Below are positions 10,661-23,170 of a stretch of DNA of 64,000 nucleotides, piece by piece. The notes under the pieces were generated by a model. That model was not told the origin of the DNA. It saw only the letters and a program-made list of their open reading frames with translations, and made no database searches. The first letter of the stretch is position 1; the number at the start of each line of letters is the position of its first letter. The DNA comes from Eledone cirrhosa. Lineage: Eukaryota. Both the position numbers and the translations under genes were made by a program. The DNA lies in contig OZ024741.1 in NCBI GenBank assembly GCA_964016885.1, forward strand, positions 351,106,001 through 351,170,000, given 5' to 3'.

Positions 10661-12769
10661 TAGTACAGACTGGGGAAGGAGTAATACAGGTAGCAAACTC
10701 TTCTTATTTTGTTTAAATCCAACAAATGAAGTGTAGATATCTATTTATCTCTCTCTCTCTCTTATATATATATATATATATATATATATTGATATGCGTG
10801 TGTGTAACTTTACGGTCTTAAGTGTTGCTTCTCAACCAGAAAGGTAGAATGCGTTAAACACATGTAAAAAAAAACACCGTTTCCACCTTGTTTGATCCAT
10901 AGCGGAGCATTGTAGATAAAAGAATTATAATGATGAATGTACGAATATTTGAATGAATTAATCTACCCAAAGAAAATTGTCAGGAGACGATTAAATATAA
11001 AAAGCGAGACACGTTGTATATAGTGGCTAATTACAGATGGTATTGTGGTTGTAGTAGTGATAGACTGCTGCTTATATATATTAGTATTAAGAAACGAGAG
11101 AGATAGACAGCAGAAGGTCTTCAGAGAAGAATGTTTACTCATGCAATGTTTCGGCCCTTAACCTTTTACATTGTAAGGGAGCCGAGCCGCATTCGGGTCA
11201 TTTATCCTGAGTGCCCTTCTGATGATACATTTTAGCCACTTTGATATTGGAGACTTGTGCATCTAAACCGTGTGGGGTTCTGTTCCTCCCCGACAAGATT
11301 CGACTGGGACGTCTCTCCGCTGCCACTGCTTTCTTGAGTTGTGTTAGAAAAATAAGGTTAATACAGCTGGTGTTGTGCAGTGTGGATGTATGTAATACAG
11401 CGATTTAGACTGCTGCTCCTGCTGTTTCGATAACATCGCTGCAACAACTGTTTAAGCTGCATTTGTTGTTGTAGTAGTTATTGTTGCAGCAATAGAAACA
11501 ACAACAACTGCTGCTGCTATTTGCCGCTGTTATTGATGATGGCAATACTTCACTTCCTTTTAATGTTAGTTATGATGGTGAAGTCATTGCAGCAACAGTG
11601 TGCAGTCCATTTTTTTTCTATTAAATTCCCGATCAGTTGTGCAGTAAGATATTGTAATAGAAATTTGAAGAAAAGACGTTTAAGGGGAGCATTTAGTGCA
11701 TATTTTTTAATGAAATTGTGCAGAGATGTAGATTACGATGTAGATTGTGTTCATTTTTCTCTAAATGCTTCCATTGTTATATATAATTCTGTTCGTTAAT
11801 GTTTTTATTGACTGAATACTTTCAATTTATGCCTTCCAACTTCAGGATAATGTCAGGTTTTATACGGAAATGTAAAATTGATATCTATATCTATGAAATG
11901 CGAAAAAGAAAAATTATCATGTTTGATTTCATTGAGATAATCGTAGTCTATTCCTTTAAAAATGTGTCTCTGCATATGTTCATAAAATGTACATTATTAA
12001 GAAAGTTATGTGGTAAGCAGTTAACTGTAGGTATGTCAGATTAAAAGAAAGAGAGGTACGAGAGAAGAGAGATATCGAAAACAGAAAGCAAAACTGAAGG
12101 GGTGGGAGAATAAGGGGATTGCGTGTGTGAAGGGGGCAGAAAATGAAAATAAAACGGGAAATAAGGACAAGAAGAAACTCCTTAGGAAAGTTCTTTAAAA
12201 TTTTGGTGCTGGTGATTATGGAGAGGAGGAAAAAGAAAGAGGAATAGAGCTGTTTGAGACCGCACCTGGTTATTTAATGCCTAGACTAGTCTGTGCACCC
12301 CATTCTCCTAAATGAAATGATTTCAATTTACAGTTTGATGTGCTGACGATCGTAGTTTTTTTACACTTCTTGCTCTGACTACACTAAGAAAATGACTAAG
12401 GTTGCATTTTCCACTACACAGTCCACATTTACCCATAAAAAATCATGTGACGGATCATACAACCCTTTCCACATTATATATTTCATTTAATAAAACAAAT
12501 TTATTATAAAACTGTGATCCTCTAAGGTTCGGTAATGCGCTTCTGTATGGAAAGAGTGTATGTAAGAGAATGAGAGGCGGGGTACGGTGGATATAAAGAG
12601 ACAAACAAAAATCCTATAAACCTTCTATATTGAAAATGACGGCCATATCCAACATGTGATAATGGTCCACATATATATATTTGAATATGTTTCTTCCGTA
12701 AATGAGTTAACACCTTATTTTCACTTTTTTTTTTTAATCATTTCCTTAATTACGTACTTCGTTTCGGCT

Positions 12770-12960
12770 ATGCTCCCGAAGCGAATTCGCAATCGGAACG
12801 GAGTGAACGATGTATCCGCAAGATACCGACGAAAGGATAAATTCCGTTGGGCCGAACATGTTGCAAGGTTTACTGACAACAGGTGGACCTGTAGTTGTAG
12901 TGTGGTATCCAAGAGATAGGAAGAGACTACTCGGAAAACGACAGTCAAACGATTTCAGTC
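12770..12960 (+). mobile_element. Old RTE LINE 3' fragment
   Basis: IRNRNGVNDV...KFRWAEHVARFTDNRWT...WYPRDRKR. Confidence 0.65.
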
Positions 12961-13214
12961 AAAATGAAAGAGAAAAGTGTATTCAAGGGAGGATTGGAAA
13001 CGTATTGTGATGTATAAGGACAACCGATAGTATGGTCGATCCAAAGATCTTTAATTATAATTATTTAAGCAAATCATCCAGTAGATCAGATAGAGTAATT
13101 TTACTTTCACTTCAAAAGAGGAGAAATAGAAAATAAAGGTGATAAATAATGGGAGTGTGAGGGAAGGAAATGGAATAAATAAGGGACGAGAGAGAGAGAA
13201 ATAAAGGAAATTAG

Positions 13215-13590
13215 ATAAGATGATTTGATCGAGATTTGGCTGTTATTTGTAGTAACACGCAGAAGCATCGGCATAAACCTGGCCCTAGCCTTGTTGGCAG
13301 AAGCAAAGATGAGTGATAACCGTGAACTACGTTAACTAACGTGTCCTTCCTTTTTAAGACTATAAGATGTGATTTTTAGAGAAATTTAGCTCTTATTTCT
13401 AGCACGTCAAGTGACCACGGAAAGTCTCCCTCGTTGACATTATCCAATGTATCCTTCCTATTTTAAGATGTGCTTTGAAGAAGATTTGGCTGATGCCTTT
13501 AACATGTGGAGCAATAGCGTAAAAGCTCCTGCTTACGCACAGCGTATCTCGGACTAAATTATTCAATGAATCCTTCCTTTATTTAATAGA
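13215..13590 (+). repeat. Degenerate tandem copies of an interspersed repeat module
   Basis: gagatttggctgttatttgtag / gaaatttagctcttatttctag / gaagatttggctgatg recur here; reverse copies at ~10165, ~16465, ~38155 and ~61245. Confidence 0.6.
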
Positions 13591-13811
13591 GGGGAAAGAT
13601 ACCAGTCACCAGATTAAGTTTTAGAGCTTTCTGCTCGTCGCTACTCAAATGAAATCTTTCTTAAGAATTATAACTGAATCCCATTTTTTTTTTTTTTTTA
13701 AATCAATCATAATTTTATGGAAGAACCTTTGTTAAGTTATGTTCCAAACAACAGCTTAATGGTGATAAACTTAGATATATTACTAAATCTATCGAAATTC
13801 TTGATAGATAA

Positions 13812-14307
13812 GGTAAATTTATAGAAAGATACTCCCACCGATTTCAGTAAGAAAATTTGTTTTTCGTGTGTTATCAATTAAACTTTCCTCATTATATGAT
13901 TATAAAGTCTTTTTCCCCTGAAAAGGAGGGGAGATGGAGGTAGGGTCGGACCTGACCCCTCCCTGAGTGTTCTTTATCCCCAACCATAAATAACCCTAAC
14001 TTCAACTCTAAACCTAACCACAACCCCCGGGGAGGGGGTGAATAGTCCGAGGGTTCCCCCTCTTGCTTTTTACGAGGAAAGTCCTTTGCAGCGTGTTCGG
14101 AGGTAGGTAAGATTAGTTTGTAGCACAAGGGGGGGGGGGAAGGGGGGAGGGGATAATAAAGAAAACCCGTGGGGTCCGATAGTCACCCCCCACCCCCTTT
14201 CCAAGAAAAATGTCCTTACGTCGATATTAGGAGGTAAGTTTAATTGATAGCACACGAAGAAAAAATATTTCCCACTGAAATCGGTGGGGGTGTCTTTCTA
14301 TAATAAT
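13812..14307. mobile_element. MITE (family A) with long imperfect TIRs and degenerate TAACCC repeats
   Basis: ggtaaatttatagaaagatactcccaccgatttcagt... vs ...actgaaatcggtgggggtgtctttctataataat; second copy at 20900-21383. Confidence 0.75.
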
Positions 14308-14820
14308 TGTTTCTACTTTTGGCACAAGGCCAGCAATTATTCCAGTGAATTACTGGTACTTTATTTAATCGACCCCGTAAGGATGAAAGGCAAAGTTAAC
14401 CTCGGCGGGATTTGAAGAGGTTAACTTTGCCTATAATAATTGTTTCTACTTTTGGCACAAGGCCAGCAATTACTCAGTACATTACTGGTACTTTATTTTA
14501 TCGACCCCGTAAGGATGAAAGGCAAAGTTAACCTCGGCGGGATTTGAACTCGGAATTGGAAGGGCCGTAACTCTATACGTCAAAGCATGGCGTCCGACCC
14601 TCTACCGATACTGCCAAATAATAATAGTTTCTGATTTAAGCACAAAGCCAACAATTTGGAGGGCGGGAAAGTCGATTAAATCGATCACAGTGCGTTACTA
14701 GTACTTTATTTTACCGACCCCGTAAGAATGAAAAGCAAAGCTAACCTCGGCAGGATTTGAACTCAGAGCGTAAAGAGACAACTGTACGCCACAAAGCATG
14801 TTGTCCGCCGCTCTACCGAG
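14300..14820 (-). mobile_element. Three tandem Meta/MESC-like tRNA SINE copies
   Basis: Core cgaccccgtaaggatgaaaggcaaagttaacctcggc at ~14370, ~14502 and ~14716. Confidence 0.9.
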
Positions 14821-15109
14821 TAAACAAATATTTGAAAATCAAAGGCAGTATATTTGTAACAAAAGAGTTTAAAATATAACAAAGAACATTAAATGAGGTT
14901 TCATCCTGCCAATGTTGATAAACTAACGTACCAGCCAAGAAGTGTCATGAACACTGCCCTGACTAAACCATAAAAGAAAAAAAATCAATGCTTGTGTATA
15001 CGTGCATTGGATTTTCACACAAAATCACAATTACATGAATTTTATAAAGGTCTAAACCAATATCTATGATATATATACTTGAATTTTTAGGTATTCAATA
15101 AAGAAATCA

Positions 15110-15920
15110 ATATGTCCGTTAGTCGTGTATACTTCCGTTTTTAAAATACCCGCCATTTTCATAACAAAATAAAGGACACTTTAATTTTCATTTACAAACC
15201 TGCTAAATGGCTATGTTGTTTAGGTCAGGTACAGTTCTGCGTTTCACCCATTGAAAACGTCCATGATCTGGATAGCATTTTATTCCGTCTTTTCTTTTAG
15301 TTCATTTTATTAAAGTATAACGTCAACATAATATTACAAATGAAATAAGAAAGGAAAGGAAAAAAGAAAAACACACACACAAGCAGGTAATATACACATC
15401 TAGGACCACATACAACAAAGGGCAAGCGAAACGGGTGGACAAACGAACCGCTGCCAGAGCAAAAGATAAAAGTATCACGAGGAGCTCTGGGAAACCTCTC
15501 TAATATTTTTTGAGGCAAGCCGGCAGCTCGCAGCGTTACCTCGGGTGATGCGCTGGAACAGCCAAGCGCCCTCACGAGCACCAACAGTTATCTCGGTTAA
15601 GCGAGCCGCCAGTAGAGACAAAAACCTCGCAGTCATTAGCCCGACTTCCCCGACTTATGTTGATCAATAACCGCAACGATGGTGTGTTTTTTTAAAGAAA
15701 AGAACAAAACAGAAACAATCAATTTGTCATCGAACTTGTAGCTGTGGAGACTTCTGACGTTCTTGGTCTCCGAACCATTCTACTCACTACCATCGGAGTG
15801 AAGTTATCCACCTGCAGGAACGAGCTCTGCCAATTGGTATGGCTATTTCAATGCGTCTCTTTCGGCGCAACGTTTTCTCCATTCCCCCTGTTGGGACCAC
15901 GAGGTGGTGTCAATTTATGG
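15110..15920 (-). promoter_or_regulatory. CpG-enriched segment, candidate promoter/5' exon region of the minus-strand gene at 10660
   Basis: Locally high CpG in an AT-rich background; AAAATGGCGG (YY1-like) and CGGAAGT (ETS-like) on the minus strand at ~15130-15160; donor-like GAG|GTAACG at ~15539. Confidence 0.35.
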
Positions 15921-16149
15921 TAAGCTAATAAGAGGATAGATGACCCTAGTAATCAATATTATCATTCTGTAAGTGCTAACTTAATATGATCTATGTATGG
16001 GTTACTATTATACTTGATGTATTTAAAAATAACAGATTTGTATTTTTGTTGAATCTCCATCGGTTCCGACGACGAATGTTCCAGTTTAACGAGCAAGTGA
16101 CTGAGTATTCCACAGATATGCATCCTTAATCTCAGGAAGATCATGTGTG

Positions 16150-16300
16150 ATAAGGCTAGCCTTTCAATCTACAGGCACAACTCATTTTCATCAGCTGAAT
16201 GGACTAGAGCAACGTGGAATAAAGTCTTGCTCGAGAGCACTCTACGCAGCCGGAAATTCAACTCACGATCTTGAGATCGTAAGCCGAACACCCTAGCCAT
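16150..16300 (-). mobile_element. tRNA-derived CORE-type SINE
   Basis: tcagctgaatggactagagcaacgtggaataaagtcttgctc...ttcaactcacgatc...cgaacaccctagccat. Confidence 0.6.
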
Positions 16301-18071
16301 GTAGTAGACTAAAAAAAAATGTTAAGCCACGAACTTTTTAACTACACAGCCATACCTAATACTAAAGAATATTACCCAGTCAACTCTTTGTCCTTATTGC
16401 GTTTTAATTATTGAAACTTTCCAGATATTTGAGCTAGTGATTTTCTACCTTGTCGCTCAATCTGCTATAAATAGCTACCTAATCTCCCTCATATCGCACA
16501 CTAATCTTGAAAAAACTACGACACATTGGTTAAACTATGCATAACAAATGTTGGAATGTCTCTAATTATATAATTGCCCAATTAGGAGTCGACTCAGAGC
16601 AGAACAACTGAACTATTTTTCAAGAGTAACAAAATAAACGGGAAAAAAGATTTATAAATAATGAATTCGTATATTTTATAAAGAAAACGTTAAATCGCTT
16701 TAAAATATTTTATAAACCACGTGTTTTTAATGTATATATAATTGTGTGCAACATGTTTTCAAAATTTATTTACATGTTTTCATTTTTTTTAAAAAAATAA
16801 TAATAATAATGATTTTCTAAAATATAATAATGACAGAGCGCTTATATCGCGTCATAAACCCATAAAGAGTTTAAAAAGAGGGCACCTTAGTCGTCCATTA
16901 ATGTAATATCTTTTTTTAAATGCACTCTAAATAAATTATTCCTTCTGTTATCTGACTTAAAAGGTTGTTGTTTTTTTTTTGTTTGTTAGTTGTTGTTTTT
17001 TTGTTTACTTGTTTCTTGTTTTTATTTGTGGAAGTGAGCAATCCGATATACTTCATGCGTGTGTTTGCTTTGTAATCATGAGATTTCGCATTCGATTTTG
17101 TTGCGTGGCACCTTTGGCAAGAATCTGCCACCATCGGAAGAAGGGAGATTGGTTATGTGGGGCTGGGTTGGATAAACCAAAATAGATATGCAGCATATTA
17201 ATAAACACTGGGCCTGACTTGATAGGTAACGGATATTCGGGTGGGTTTTAAGACCCAGTCCGCTTCTGATTTCGATTAGATCGAAGCTATGTAAGTGAAA
17301 CTGGGTAAACGGTAACTATAGAAGCTTGTTAGATGGACTGTAGTTGTCGTTCTATGGCTGGGGCCCAGCTTATTTTTACTTTAACGCTCTAAGTTTTCAC
17401 AACAATCTGCCCACTCGTAAATATATTTGAAGTAACAAACCTTTTTTTTTAAAGATATTTTCTGCTAAATCATTACAGGATATCAAGTGTTAACGGTTTT
17501 CAGCCCGCCCTATTGCCCAAATGTCTGTAAGATCAACCTGCCTCTGATCTGATAGACCTTTAAGGATTTAGTGATAGAGTTCATTTACATTGACCAACTA
17601 TTGTTGTCTTAATAGCAAAGGCACTGGGCTGTGGTTGTTTTACACCTTGGTGATAATCTTCGGTTAGTAACTTCTTTGCGTTCGTTTTACGTCACTTTTA
17701 AGTATCACAGACGTTCAACAACATCCAGCAATTATCCCAGTGCATTACTGGTGCTTTATTTTATCGACCCCATAAGGATGAAAGGCAAAGTTAACTATAG
17801 AAGTCTGTTAGATGGATTGTAGTTATGGTTCAGGAAAATGAACAGTACCTGATCTGTATATGTAAATTCCGAATCTTTGCAATTAGTATAAATGAATGTA
17901 AAATTAAGCTAGTGCCGTGACGGCGATGTAAAATTAAATTACTGTCCATAATCAAACGTTATTATCCAACTTAATTTCACATTACATATTTAGAAGAAGT
18001 TAATAGATGATATATGTGTATGTATTTGTGTATTGTATCACAGAAATCACCATTGAAGCAGTTAAAAGCGA

Positions 18072-20313
18072 TGTAGTGACCTACATTCCCCGGGCTCACA
18101 TACATTCTCTGTGCGTGATTTGGCTCAGCTCAGCCAATCAGCGCCAGTAGAAGAGAATGTATCCCTACGCGCCCTGAGGGAGAAAATCCCCGCGAAGATT
18201 TGAAGAATCTCTCTCTCGCACCCGGAACTTCGAACCAGCAACACGTACAACATGTGACGGTGAGATTTTGCACTTTGGCCTGCCGGCTTTCCGGCACACT
18301 CCCTTTTGTAACCTCATTTTATGTGTAACTTCAACCATACAAGTTAACAAACATTATTTGTGCTACAACAAAAATAAACATACATTTCATCTCTAATTTC
18401 TGCTGTTGACATCATTATTATGTTACTGGTGTCTCAATAACATTTATACACCATGTTGCTAAAAGTGGTGAACCCGACGTGATGAATATTTTCAGTTCAA
18501 AATATTCCTTTTGAAATAAAATTTAAATTGGCAGTGTATGTATAAAAAAAAAAAAAAATTTACGCCACGAGGAAATTTCAAAACGGCTACCACCAAGTAC
18601 CAGCCATCAGCAGCAACACATGGCTAACTATTAACCAACACCAGGGAATGGCTTGTAACTTTACCGACTCAACCACCATACCTTCTGTCTCGTTACCATA
18701 AGGACTCGAGAAATTAAGACATTAGTCTTCTCACCACTATGGCGTCAGACGTGGCTGCCATATTGGTGACTCTAGGTTCTTCAACGCTCGACTTCGACTC
18801 TACAGAAGATTCATTGTGACTTTGCTTTAACAACAACAACAACTCTACTAGCTCCCTAGTAAGAGCGATCCCAAAGAAATGTCAAAGAAAAGAAAAGCGA
18901 ACTTTTTGTTATAAGAAAAGAAACAATTCTTTCTTTCTTCCTTTTTTTTCAGGCATTTATTTTGGACATTTATTTTTTTTAAACTGTATTATATGGAAAT
19001 TCATTTTTTTTTCTATCATTGTATATATGACTGCATCATTTTCTTTATCATTGTATATATGACTGCACCCACACATTTATTTGTTGTTTTACATGCCTGC
19101 ATATGCACACATTTCTTTGTCACCCACCAACATGTTGTTCTTAGTATATGTTCTTCAAACGTAAGATGATCGCGATTTCCCTTTTCACCTGGTTGAGGTG
19201 CCGTCACATGCTAGCGACTCAGAGCTTAATTCACCTGGATTCAAACAGGCACCGCAACACGAGAATCCTAATTGCAGCTGAACTCAAACAGTTTCGCATC
19301 TCGTTGCACACTCATCGTCCATAACAACCTCCATCTTGTTACCTTACCCCACTCACTGGGTAAACAACAAATAGAACTGGACTTGTCAGCATTTCCACCA
19401 CTTCTGTGGATTCGCCGGAATTATGGAATCTACACTGCAACTACTGCCCACCTACAGATTCAACTTGCTTTTTTCTTTTCAAAGCAACCAGCCATTTTTT
19501 CCTGGCTCCCTAGCACTTTCGGCAATACATCTGGGAGGCCGACATTTTCTTGCCAGCACTGGTAAACTACCATAATAGCTTCATCCACAGCTACTGGTAC
19601 AACACTTACCATTAACATTTAATGCAAGAACAGCAACTTCGCCCATGTCAGACTTTATCCGTTTTCTGTTAGACCTTTGGTGGTCACGTATAAACTACAC
19701 AACAGCTAGTCATTTGACACAGCGGCTCAACACGGCCCTTAGCGCCTCATTTTTTTTCTTGCATGCATCCTTCTGCTCAATTATTTTTTCACTGATGTGC
19801 TCTTTCAGCATTTTTTCTTGCTGATTCAATAATCTGTATCGTCTTCCGTCTAGAGGGGGAGTATTGTAGTGATCTACATTCCGCGGGCTCACATACATTC
19901 TCTGTGCGTGATTTGGCTCAGCTCAGCCAATCAGCGCCAGTGGAAGAGGATGTATCCCTATGCGCCCTGAGGGAGAAAATCCCCGCGAAGATTTGAAGAA
20001 TCTCTCTCTCTCGCCTCCTGAATTCCAAAGTGGTAACACCTGCGACCTTAGCATGAGATGATTCCTTTCTCATAATCCTTCGCCACCAAGAAGAATGCAA
20101 CCGGCAGCCTAAGAGCCTAAGAAGATGTTAACATCTCCTAGAGAAGATCTCTGTTCTTCTCTACACACTTCATCCTAGGAATTGTGATCCACGGGTAATG
20201 ATTCATTTATATTAATCCCTTTGACTTCTATGAAGTAAAAACATCACAACACACACCGGCATTTATTGTCTTTTGTAATAATTTTATATGTACACCGATA
20301 CTAATCTCCTAAA
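18072..20313 (+). mobile_element. Non-autonomous Gypsy-type LTR element (TRIM/LARD-like)
   Basis: LTR starts TGTAGTGA at 18072 and 19866, near-identical over ~150 bp; PBS tggtgaacccgacgtgat at 18466 (tRNA-Trp 3' complement, 1 mismatch); PPT agagggggagtat just before 19866; GCGA duplicated at 18068-18071 and 20314-20317; no long ORF. Confidence 0.8.
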
Positions 20314-20317
20314 GCGA

Positions 20318-20706
20318 TGTGGTAAATAGCATCATACAACTTTATAAGGTTTTTAATATATAATTTATTTACAAACCGATTACAAAGGTTTAGTTGGCAT
20401 GCCATAAGAAATGAATAGACAAATTAAGATGCTGTAAAAGAAGACGCGGTCGGGTGGCTGAAGTAAGAAGTCCGGCCACGGTAAAGTTTGGTAGCTACAT
20501 TTTGGAATATTTGTTAAGCAAAAACAAATAGGTGTTATCGTGACGGAGTCTAGATGCAAAGAGAAAGTTTATCGAAAAGAAGCGGGAATTTCTCCCTCTG
20601 GGCGGAAGTTGAGATACATCTCCCTACGCTGGTAGCGATTGGCTGAACTGAACCAAACAACGTACGGGAAAAGGTATCAATGAGGCCAGGAAGGTAGCTT
20701 GCTACA
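20318..20706 (-). mobile_element. Inverted solo LTR of a related family
   Basis: Reverse complement tgtagcaagctacc...tttggttcagttcagccaatc...gatgtatctc...cccagagggagaaattcccgc is homologous to the 18072 LTR start; TGT...ACA ends. Confidence 0.65.
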
Positions 20707-20899
20707 CATACATTTAAATTTACATATACAGATCAATCGAGTATTGTTCATTTTCATTTTAATGCCAAATTGATAATAATTTTCTTTTCATAGATATTAT
20801 TATCAATTAAAGCAATAAAATGAAAATGAACAGTACCTGACCTATATATGTAAATTCCGAATGATTACAATTAGTATTAATGAATGTAAAATTGAATTA

Positions 20900-21383
20900 G
20901 GTAAATTTATAGAACATCCCACTCAATTTCAGTGGGAAACGAGTATTTTACCTCGCATTTGTTTTTCGTGTGCTATCAACTAATCTGACCGCCGAACATG
21001 CTGCAAGGGACTTTTTTTCTCGGAAAACGGAGGAGGAACGAGGGGGACCTCCCCCCGGAGTTTTCTTTACCATTTAATGAACATTTTTTTATGTGTTATC
21101 AACGAATCTGACCTCCAAACACTAACCATAATCCTTACCTTAACCCATCCGACATTTGTCGTGTGGTACGGCTGATTAAAAAAAACGAATAATATAACAC
21201 ACAGGGAAAAAAATAGTAAAGAAAACTTCGAGGTCCCCCTTCTCTTCCCCGTTTTCCGAATGTGGGTGTGGGGGTATTTCTGGCATGTTCGGAGGTCAGA
21301 TTAATTGGTAAAACATGAGAAAAAAATATGAAGAAAAATAAGTATTTTCCGCTGAAATCGAGAGGGTGTTCTATAATAATACC
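20900..21383. mobile_element. MITE (family A), second copy
   Basis: ggtaaatttatagaacatcccactcaatttcagt...gctgaaatcgagagggtgttctataataatacc; internal actaaccataatccttacctaaccc. Confidence 0.75.
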
Positions 21384-21579
21384 GAAGATTTCCTCTGATA
21401 ACTTTTAAACAAAAGAAGGGGCTATGAATGTGTGTCGTTGATGCTTTTCCTTTTTTCAACGTAAGGGATGTGGAATCGCAAGAATTGAATATTGTTACTT
21501 TTGATTATGAAGTCGATCCCCTTAGAGCCTAATAATCCACAGGCGATCAAAATTTAAGTAAAAAATGTATGAATGAGGC

Positions 21580-22230
21580 CTAGAGAGACTTCAATGCACA
21601 TGTTGGCACAGGTCGACTGACACGGAAAGGTGTGATTGGAACGAACGCCGATCCTGATCTAAATACAAATGGAGAAGCTTTATTAGACTTCTGTTATAGT
21701 AACACAAAGACATCCATAGATACACATGGTATATCAGGGACAGATCAGTAATTGATTTTGTTATTGTCTCTGAGCTGGATGTTCATATTAAGAGAGGGAT
21801 GAGTTATCAACTGATTACCTTCTAGTTATCTGCAGTCTGAGACTACCCAGGAACTAAGGAAGCTCACAAAACTGTCAAGTTCAGGTCGCCTGTAGGATAA
21901 AATAGGAAATGTTGGCAGATAAGAAAGTCAGGATCAGACATGCAGATACTATTATATCCAAATTCAGAGAACTCCCTGAGCAAACTTAGGACGTTGAAAC
22001 GAAGTGGAGACTGTTTAACGCAGCAATTTCTCTTCCAGCTGTTAAATACTGCGAGCTAAAGTGGCTTGGTGTGGCACAAGGTGCCAGCAGCACCTCTTGG
22101 TTCAATCAAGGTCAAAGATGTCATCCAAGCAAAAGAGGCCTACAAAGCTTGGCTTGGAAATAAGTCCTTCTTGCACATGTGATACAAGCAGGCACTAAAA
22201 GATGCGTTCCTGATAGCAGATGTGACGGAG
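21580..22230 (+). mobile_element. Degenerate RTE LINE endonuclease fragment
   Basis: GDFNAHVG, NTNGEALLDF, YTWY, IDFVIVS and TDYLLV motifs with many lesions. Confidence 0.7.
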
Positions 22231-22249
22231 GACTTCTTATTACGAAGTC

Positions 22250-23170
22250 AACAGATAGCCTGCCAGAATACTATCTGAAGTCTTAACTTTGGACGCTTTA
22301 ACTGTCTCTGCTGCGATTCTTCATGCCTACTAGTACTGCAAGTGCAAGAAGAAGGACTTATTTCCAAGCCAAGTTTTGTAAGCCTCCTTCTTTGTTTGAA
22401 TGGCATCTTTAACCTCTTGATTGAATCAGGGGGTACTCCTGCTATCTGTACCACATCAAGCCTCTTTCACCTGCAGCATTTAACAGCTGTAGCAGAAACG
22501 GCTGCGTTGAATAATCTCCCCTCTGTCTCAACGTCCTCAGTTTGCTCAGGGAGTTCTCTGAATTTGGATGCAATAGTATCTGCATACCAGATCCTGATTT
22601 CCTTATCCAACAATGCTTCTCACTTTATCCTGTAGGTTGTCCTGGACCTGCCAGTTTTGTGAGCTTCCTTGGCTTTAGTATAATTAGATAGTGATCAGTT
22701 GTCAACTCTGTCCCTCTCTTAACACGAACATCCAGCACAGAATCAAAGAGATCAGAAACAATAACAAAATCAATTATTGAACTCTGTCCCTGATTCCCCT
22801 TATACCATGTATATCTATGGATGTCTCTGTGCTGGGAAAAGGTGTTCATAATAGAGAGTCCATTGCTAGAATGGAAGTCTAGTAAGGCCTCTATTCGTAT
22901 TTAGATTGGGATCGCTGTTGCTTTCTATACCACGTGGTCAGTGCCAACATGTGCATTGGAGTCTCCCATCAGGACATATGACTCAGTCTTAACTACATCT
23001 AATGCTGCAGTGACTTCATCAAGGAAGGACCTGTATTCGGACTCCTTGTTTACACCACCCACAGAGACCTATCTTTCAGCCTAAGCTTCAAAAGGCAAAT
23101 CCTCCTTCCTAACGGGATCCAGTCCATAACACATTCTGACAGCCAGGGGTTTGTCAGTATCCCCACTTCC
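22250..23170 (-). mobile_element. Degenerate RTE LINE endonuclease fragment, opposite in orientation to the 21580 copy
   Basis: MNTFSQHRDIHRYTWY...SIIDFVIVSD...DVRVKRGTELTTDHYL. Confidence 0.75.

Noticed and set aside
11140-11230. Hammerhead ribozyme (ccgaaac on the minus strand, ctgatga on the plus strand)
   Set aside because: The two core motifs lie on opposite strands, so no ribozyme can be folded
11400-11600. Poly-Q-like coding exon from CAG/CAA repeats
   Set aside because: Mixed-orientation degenerate trinucleotide repeats with stops and no clear splice sites
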